This document shows, one piece after another, positions 55,751 to 64,000 of a stretch of DNA of 64,000 bases; within the stretch, counting starts at the first letter, position 1; each line of letters starts with the position of its first letter. Position numbers and translations under genes: made by a program. The DNA is from Kondoa subrosea. Its lineage: Eukaryota. A model generated the notes under the pieces. The model was given only the letters and a program-made list of their open reading frames with translations, did no database searches and was not told where the DNA came from. The DNA is taken from contig BCIN01000002.1 in the NCBI GenBank assembly GCA_039545335.1, positions 1,377,118 through 1,441,117 of the forward strand, in the 5' to 3' direction.

Positions 55751-57795
55751 TCATACTCTTTGACAGCCGACTATCCAGTTCGTCCCAAATAATGTTTTCG
55801 GCCAATTTGATACTTGAGCTCCTCTTTCAAATGCGCTTTGTGGCAGACCACTAAGCAACACAGGATTAGTTCACATTGGTATGCTGCAGATAGCGACCTC
55901 ACAGATCAATTATATGAAGCTCGCCGGTCGCCTCGGCTGATCTATGTGCAAGCTTCGGACAGCCGAGCGCGAGAGAATAAGCTGGTCGGATACACCAGCT
56001 ACCCATAGTATTGCCTACGAATCACCAATGAGTACAAAGACATATACAAAGCGGAAGACAACTTGCCTGTATCTGGATCTAATCCGCTAGGCAGATCGAT
56101 AGAAATAGTGCGACTGCTCAGATTATTGGCGTATAAAGCGGCTTCGCCTTCAGAAGCATAAGTCTTCCTGTTCTGTTTATCTTGATCATTGTCCGCCAAA
56201 GCGTCGATAATTAGATCAGGGTTTGAAGGTAATGCTGATGAACTTCGGACTACTCGACCACCACTTGCGGAATACAAACGAAGGTGAAACTCCAAACTTG
56301 CAGGCCTAGTTCCATCCGTAAGCCAAAGAATGGCAAATGGGCGGATTGCCTACAATGTATCGCCAGGAGATAGCCAACAACAAACACTTGCTCCTTTATT
56401 TGTCAAATGGGCACCGGCTCGTAAGCCAAAACTCGCTTTCGACGAAGATGCTCCACAGAGAATGACTACAGAAGGTCTTCCTTCGCCAGTATAAGGTGTG
56501 TTCTTGGGTCCGACATTATGAAGTATAAATTCAGCTATGGATCTTGCTCCATTCTCGGTCCGTTGCAAGAGATTCGGTCCAACTTCAATATTAGAAAGCT
56601 GGTTACAATCTTTCCATTGCTTCCAGCTTAGAGCAGGACAGATAATTCCACTATCCAATGTTCTTATTGTTCGCATGGGTGTTTCCTTGGCTCCTTCGAC
56701 ATTCGATTCCTTGCTTATTGCCGTAGAACGAGCCTTTAAAGCAGGTGACGAATCTTCTTCTGTTGCTGTATCATCCAGTACGTTTTCGTGAATGCCTATT
56801 TTGGTATTGTAACGATCGATGCGTTTATTGTGCGAGACCAATCGAAGTGAGGGATCAGTCTTATCCGAGTCCTTAGTCTGCCATTAGAATCCGACAAGGA
56901 TGGCTTCGGTCATAATACATACTCTGATTTCTGCAAAGACCTGTAGAGATGCCACGGCTTTGAGTTCATCCATCAAAAAGAGTCGGGAAACGCGCACCTT
57001 CTTCTTGTCAAAGGATTCCAACCCTCTCGAGAAATCAAAATCACTATCAAAGTCCGTATACCCTGATTCAGCCGGCACAGGATCATGATGAAGGACTTTA
57101 GGTAAACCAGGTAGAGCTGTAGGGGGAGAAGAAGCGAATTTGACGGTTGCATTCGATTGCCTTCTTTTGGCTAATATTTGTCATTAGGCTACCCAATCTC
57201 AGAAACAAGAAGAAGGATCGTACATTTTCGAGATTTCTTACCGCTACTGCCTGATACGGCTGTACTGGTCTCTTCTTCATCGTACGTCACACCGCTTTCA
57301 TCTGCGTCAGAGACAAGTTCTTTGACAGGTATAGCGTTCTTAGATGTTCGCTGTCGACCTGAACGAGAAGAGGAAGGTGAAGCAGAGAGCTTCTGCTTGG
57401 GCGAAAGTGCATCATTGCGCTGTACCTTTTGTTTTCGCGTGAGCATTACACCTTGAAAGTCACATACGCAAACATACAGCAGAAGTTGAAGCAAGTGGTG
57501 TTGGCGCTTGAGGTACAGGAGCGGCAGTCTGTTTAAGCATCACTTTACGGCCTCTGAGAAGCATAGAACAGCGACTCACGGAAGGCGTAACAGAAAGTAG
57601 GGAAAGGTTCGCTATGAGCTCCCTTCGTATGACCAAAGCTGTTATTTGAGTCGTTCGTCCAGAAGCTAGAGTTCTTGTAGCGTTCTCCAATGTCAAACTT
57701 CCTGCCTCGCTGTTGATGCTACTCAAGACTCCTTCAATCGAACCATTCCCTTCCTCGAAATCTACATGCACTGGCAAGCCCAGGAACGCGGCCAT
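55751..57795 (-). CDS. EDC3: Enhancer of mRNA decapping Edc3 (LSm + FDF + YjeF-N)
   Basis: MAAFLGLPVHV..IEGVLSSI..LTL LSm domain; DFDFSRGLESFDKKKVFAEIR FDF motif; RLVSHNK; TENGARSIA; IIDAL; SIDLPSGLDPDTG. Confidence 0.88.
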
Positions 57796-57961
57796 GTGCT
57801 GGTCCTGATATTCCCTGCTTCAGTGATATAGTCTTGCTGCCTGTAGCCAGTCGTTCCTTTCGTTGTTGTGATCGAAACTCATGCGGATTCTAAATTGACC
57901 TCCTATCTTCGGCTGTCTGCTGTGGCCCTGCTCTGCTTGATCCTTCTCTTGATCTCATACC

Positions 57962-59409
57962 ATGAATTATTACCACTCAAATCGCTTGCGCGTTGAAGCT
58001 GTTTCTGAATCGAATGCCTCTGAAGCGGACTCTGATATTTACGAGACTTCTCTACCAGCAGCTCCGCGTTATACTTCCTACACACAACCTGCCATTCCAT
58101 CTCCAGCACATCATGATTTACCTACATTCCCTTCATGGGATAGGGATTGGCAAAGCGGTGGTCTCAGCTTCGATCGAGGATTTACTACTAGACCTATTGA
58201 ATCAAGGACTGGTTCTTGGGAACCTGCTTCTTTACCTTCTTTACCAATGGAAGAACGATACTCTGACCCTTATGAACCGAGAGAAGAGAAACCAACCAGT
58301 CCTACGAAGCAGGACAAGCGAGTTTCCAATGGACATGGCAAAGGAGGAAATGTATCTGATAAGGTTAAGCAGAAACGAATGAAGATGTTGGAGCAAGAGT
58401 TTGGCGATGAGAAAGAAGTGGGAGAAGCTGAGGAGAAGAAGCATCAGAGGAAAAGGAAGAAGAAAGTCTTGCCTGGTCAAGTAAGCGACAAAGGTATCTT
58501 CGTACTAGGGGATATAAAGAAGAGAGCAACTCTGAGGTGGTTGGAAGCGCTATTAATCCTTGGTGCATTAGCTACAGGACCGCTTGTTGCATTTGTAAGT
58601 TGGCTTGAAAGCCTGATGCAGTAAACTGAGTCTATCGATAGGTGATCAAGACAGAAGCAAAACCTCCGCCATCTGGCAAACTTCCAACTATAGCCCTATG
58701 GGTTCTTTCCTGTCTCTCCTTACTTTCATTCTTATGGTTCTTCATACTACAGCCTTGCTGCTCGTCAGATCGCAAAAATCAAGACCCGAGTATGCAAGGA
58801 CTCAGTATTCCAGTCCTCAATGGCTATTCTGCACTCGAATCGACTGGTTGTTGCGGCGGGAGAAAGAAACCCAAGAAAGGTCAACAGCAGCAAGGAATGA
58901 ACTTGAATCTTATCATCAATCCAGAGATGTTTGCTCAGCTCTCTTCGCCAAGGCAAGATTTGGAGAAAGCTACACCTTCAGCAACATACGACAGTCGCAA
59001 GTCTTCACGTCGTCAGCAAACGGTAGATTCGGAAGATAGCGATTCAGACACCGGTTCAGACACTTCTGGTGCTTCTTCTTTTCGAATACCAGATATCAAA
59101 GATGATTTCTTAGAACAAGCGATTTTGCAACAACAAACTTCTTCGAAATATTCTTTGGTCAATAGACAAGCTCGCGAGAATGCAAGGAAAAAACTGAAGA
59201 TTCATCTCACCTACGATGTACTCATGATGCTCCTTTGGTTGGCTGTCAGTGTATGGGCTATTGGTTTTGGCAAACGATGTCCACCAGGACAGTTTGCAGG
59301 GTACTGCGAAGGTTACAACAGCGCTTTGGCGTGCGGTGTCTTCTTGTGCTGTTGCTTTACTACTAGTATGGTCCTCGATATCAAAGGGATTAAGCAAGTC
59401 AATGCATGA
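57962..59409 (+). CDS. Uncharacterised 4-TM membrane protein with Cys clusters
   Basis: Two exons (intron ~58596-58641). TM pairs LEALLILGALATGPLVAF / IALWVLSCLSLLSFLWFFIL and YDVLMMLLWLAVSVWAIG / ALACGVFLCCCFTTSMVL; loop CPPGQFAGYC. Confidence 0.75.
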
Positions 59410-59900
59410 TTACGTAATTGTGATTCGAAGTATTGGCTTTGCATCCTTCACTCGATGTGCAATAAGCAATTGTACTGGAGTTCACGCTGTCGGCCGAGAG
59501 GCGCATAAGAAAAGTTGGAAGCTAAAGCTATTACTTGACTCTTCGGTTCACGATGCTTGACTTGCTTGACTCGCAACGATCACTTGTTTGGACTCCACAT
59601 ATAGATTGAGCACCTGATGAATAATCCTCTACTCGGGCCTTGCTGTTCTGTACCGACTTTGCTCTCGTGCTTTCCTTCCGCCATCTTTTCTTTGAATTGA
59701 ACTCTCTTCTGCTCTCATCCTCCCGTCTTCTCGTGTTTTCTTGTACAACTTACCTCTGGTATCATGCTGTACCTACCCGATCTTTCTAATGGCCTGAGTC
59801 TTACTTGCGCAATCGGCCATTTGATTTACTTTCCTTCGAACATCGGCGGTCTCATCTTTGCAATTTCTTCGTTACACAATTGACTATCAAAGATCCCTAT

Positions 59901-61818
59901 ATGGACGGAATTGACGTGGAAGCTCAAATTGCTAAGCTGCAAAGCACTTTGCGACCAATAGCTAGCGATGGCACAAAGATCACCTTATGGATCGTCTTTG
60001 CTCTATATATTGTCGCAGCTGTACTGCATGCTGTCACCCTGGGAATCAAGCTGCTTCGTCGATCGACGGGCAAGAGCGACATCTGGCTGATTAGACGGTA
60101 AGCGGTTTCATGTGCTCTTATGAACTTGCACTAATAATAGGATTAGAACTCAAGGTCAGCCTTTTGAGCGTCTGGAGATCGCCACTTATCGTCCTTTAGC
60201 ATCGAATGGAGGCTTCTATTGGAACTTCAATGGTCTTTTGCTCTGGCTACCTATGGGTCCGTCGTTTGCCTTGAATTTTTCCCTTTGTCTCTGAACAAGG
60301 CAACTAGCTTTCACCTTCTCTTTTGCATCAATCTTCGCAACATACTTCTTTGCCACGCATTTCAATGGTCCAAGCGAAAACAAAACTCAGCATAGCATGC
60401 TTGCCTTCTCTATGCTACCACAGCTGCCCGTTATCATTGGCGGTAGCTTATGTTCCATGTCGATTCTTTACTCTGGTCTTGAGACGACAAGTCAGTTGCA
60501 AGAACGACCTTCTAGAGTTGGCCTCACCTTTAGTCTACCGCCACCCCGGATATGGTACGTCTGGCATGGCCTACCAGGTATAGTACAGAGCTGACATCAG
60601 AAGCAGGAATGCCTTATACGCAATACCTATGGCATATTTGTGAGGCAGGCGAACCCCTGCAGAGTCACTAGTCTAATTCCTTAAAACAAGAATCACGATT
60701 ATGACTCTTGGAATAATTGCGAATGAGAAATGGAACACAGGAATTGATCACGGAGAGACAGTCAGCTTATCATAATCATTGCGCGTCACTATTCTGACAC
60801 TTCCGCATAGTTGCTATCCGCTGTTCGAAGTTTCAACATATCCGCAATCGACGTCAAGACCATACAGACAATGACAATAGAAGGGATGGCTTTTGAAAGG
60901 AACGCTAGTGAGCAACAATACAGCTCAAATTAATGGTCATTGAAATTTACTAGACAGAGCCAACGATTTGGGCAATCTTACAGGTTATATATGGGATTCC
61001 TTCATCATGCTCCTGTCACTGATCTTCGTTCCATCTGGTATCGCTGTAAGCACATAATCGACCTCACTTCGTAGCTTATGAAGTTCTGTAGGTCGTTTCT
61101 ACACTTCGCAAAGCAATCCGCATCACTGAGTCTCTCGACTCGATTGCGTCTCGTTCGACTTTCAGATCAAATGGAAGCGCCCCGATCACAGCGGGAGGCA
61201 AACTCCGAGATGCAAAAAGAAGGCACATCCTGTTAATCGCCTATATCGTGCTTGTAGCGGTTTGGGCTATAGTCAGTTCATTCACCACCGAGTGCTTTCC
61301 TGATTGAATCCTTTAATAGGGCGAAGTTGTCGTGGCTTGGATCAGGATCCGCAATACCATCACTCACAACGAGCCAGAGCTAGCATCCGATAAGTGGTTT
61401 GCCGTAAGATATGCGTCGGCAATATGCGCTCCTTAGCTGATTTGTCATTAGGTTACAATTCTTGCTCCAATGTTTCTCAACTCTTTCTTTCTGGCTCTTT
61501 TGGGTGTCGTCTTGCTACTTCGTGCCGTGTCGTTCAGCTTCAGGCGTCTCCTTAATACTCTGCTCTCTTCTACTACCTCTACTTCTCGCAGCGTAGCAAC
61601 AGTGACTTCTCTCGATATTGCGTACGTGCTGACTGCTTCTATTGCATGTTCTACTGATGCTTCTTCGCAGAGACACGCATTCACACAGCGAGAAGTTTTA
61701 TCGAGGAGCGGCGCCCTCATTGGCAAATGTGCAGCTACCTAATTTGACGCAGAAAACTTCTGTTTCAGATTTGAAAGAGCAGCATGAAGAACTTGGACTC
61801 TCCTATGCCAGCGTCTGA
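59901..61818 (+). CDS. Orphan seven-transmembrane (GPCR-like) protein, ~12 exons
   Basis: Manual GT-AG splicing gives a continuous ORF with 7 hydrophobic helices, a basic loop KLRDAKRR before TM6, and an S/T-rich C-tail. Confidence 0.68.
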
Positions 61819-62152
61819 ATGGCGAGAGTACGCAGGACTTTATGGATATCTGTGGGGTGGTGCTTATGTAATGTAACCTGAATGTTATGTCCCTTTTGTC
61901 CTTTTTGCCAACTTCGCGGACCTTCTCCCAGCAGCCAGTAGGATTCTCCATACCTTAACACACTCCTCAGTTCCTTCATCAACTACAGGCAGCACACCAG
62001 CATCACGGATCGGTTCGACGGATCAACCGCTTTTTGCTGCATCTGGCCCGAAAGTGTCGGATATAGGCCTTGACGAGGAGAGGTGGATCTGATCTTGACT
62101 GCTTCTCTCCCTACCGTCATCTATACTATATTCTAGACAAAGCTATCGAATC

Positions 62153-64000
62153 ATGCCTGCCTCAACCACTCATGCAGATGTTATTGTAGTCGGTCCGTTT
62201 GCACGCTATCATCGGGATGAGCTATACTCAATCGAGATCGTCTAGGAGCTGGCCCTGTTGGATGTCTCGTACTTGCTCGCTTGGCTCAAGCTGGTTTGAA
62301 AGTTATTGGTCTAGAGAAGGTCCGTTTGCTTTGTGTTAGCCAGTGGTGCGGACAGCTCATCAGTGGCTAGGCACCTGAAATCCCACATCAGGCGAAAGCG
62401 ACGCACTACGCACCTACGTCAGTAAAGCAGCTCTTCCAGTACAAGCTCTGCTCATGCTTTCGCTACTGTTCTTTAGCGCTGTGTTAGAATTAGATAAAGC
62501 TGGAGTAGTCGATGAGTGCAGGAAGCGCGCAAAGGGATTCAATCCGACATCAGTATGCTGGCGAGATCTGAAGATGAAGTGAGTATGACATCGGGTCTCA
62601 TTAACAAGGTGCTGAGTATTTGGTAGCATGATTGGTCAGATGGGCTTCAATCCAGATAAGACAGTGAAGAAGCATGATATGGTCTGCCTACCGCAGAAGG
62701 AGCTTTGCACGTTCGCTGGTTCCTTCTCCGTCCCAGTCATTGCAAGCTGATTCCGTATACAGTATTCTGACAGAGAAGATGAGCGAGCACAAGAACGCTT
62801 CGATACTTTTCAACCACGAAGTCACAGCACTGGAACAAGATGACAAATCTGTGACGCTTACAGTACTTGATTCACAATCCGGGGAGGAGAAGACTTTCAC
62901 TGCGGACTATGTGGTATGCTTAACGCTTATAGACTCGGTAATCTTGGCTCAGTGCGCTCTTCAGGTCGGCGCAGACGGAGGAAGAGGAAAGATGCGCAAG
63001 CTGATCGGTCAATCACTGTAAGTTGTTTGATGTAGGATAAGAGAACAAGACTGAACAGAGTTGACAGGGTCGGATACACATGGGATGAGTAAGTGTCAAT
63101 ATGTATCTTAATGATATCTCGCTGATCGCTGGAACAGTCAAATCGTGGCCACCAACGTTATCTTCGATTTCTACAAGTATTTGCCTGATCTCGACTCGAA
63201 CTTCATCATCGATCCAGAACACTGGGTCATGTTTGCCAAAATTCAGGTATGCCGCTTTGCGAGACGCAACAAGCAAGCTAATATCTCGAACGCTAGAATG
63301 ACCCCGAGATCTGGTGAGCATATCATGAGATCGATCTGCTTCTTGCTGACTAGAAACTATGCTAGGCGAGTATCCTATGGTGAAAAGACTGGCATGACAG
63401 ACGAACAGCTTCGGGAACGATTGGAAATGAAATTCGAAGCTTTCTTACCTGGACCAAAACCTTCGAAAGGTTCATACGAAGTCAAAGCTTTCTCACCTTA
63501 CAAGATCCATCAACGATGTGTGGAGAATATGGCTGTGGGAAGAGTAGCTTTGGCTGGGGATGCTGCTCACCTTGTAAACCCCTTCGGCGGAACTGGATTG
63601 ACTGGGGGCATGGTAAGCTATCTTAACCTCACTTTTTGCCAGGTACTGATAATATGAATGTGCAGTGCGACGGCGGTAATTTGGCAGACTGTATCATTGC
63701 AATCTACAAAGGCCTAGTGGATCCTCAGTTCATCCTACAGAAGTACTCTGAGGAACGTCGACGGATCTTCAACGAGTTCACCAACCCAGTCTCTACCGCC
63801 AACAAGCTTCGAATGCACAAAGAACCTGAAGACGTGATCAAGAACGATCCATTTATTGCCGTTCTGCACAGAAACGATCAGGAAGAGATAGCAAAGATCG
63901 GCGCAGGCAGTTGGGCAATGCAGCACGATTTGTGAGTAACTCACCGTACGAGTCTCGCGATCAAGGCTGATTTATCTGGAATTAGCTCGCAATATTTCAA
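62153..64000 (+). CDS. FAD-dependent aromatic monooxygenase (FAD_binding_3), runs off window end
   Basis: ADVIVVG|AGPVG..LEK; YVVGADGGRG..RK; GRVALAGDAAHLVNPFGGTGLTGG; donor gtgagt near 63931. Confidence 0.9.

Noticed and set aside
62005..62035. GGTTCGA resembling a tRNA T-loop
   Set aside because: No cloverleaf or A-box can be formed; more likely a CGG-rich promoter of the monooxygenase.

Overview
Intron-rich fungal genomic DNA, most likely a basidiomycete. Short ~50-60 nt introns, GTGCGT/GTTCGT/GTCAGT-type donors and microexons suggest a Pucciniomycotina-like lineage (inference). The window is gene-dense, with about 32 spliced protein-coding genes, which I assembled by eye because the ORF track fragments them. 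Conserved genes include an APSES/ankyrin MBF-type factor, a mitochondrial FAD/folate carrier, NKAP, adenylosuccinate synthetase, hexokinase, sphingolipid delta-8 desaturase, Cas1p O-acetyltransferase, a UBE2C-like E2, eL42, a Trk K+ transporter, flavocytochrome b2 and Edc3. Accessory genes include a P450, SDRs, permeases, a Zn2Cys6 factor, NADAR, MYND, four F-box proteins, a secreted Cys-rich peptide, an orphan 7TM protein and an FAD monooxygenase. I found no tRNA, rRNA, CRISPR array or transposase. The most notable observations are three head-to-head gene pairs with ATGs only 58-65 bp apart, a possible dicistronic protease/DUF202 pair, an orphan GPCR-like 7TM gene, a 10-Cys secreted peptide with a Gly linker and CFWGFCF tail, a standalone NADAR, local F-box birth and death, a recurring intergenic TTACGTAA palindrome, three GC-AG introns in one gene, and microexons inside catalytic motifs. 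Exon boundaries are manual and need RNA-seq confirmation.
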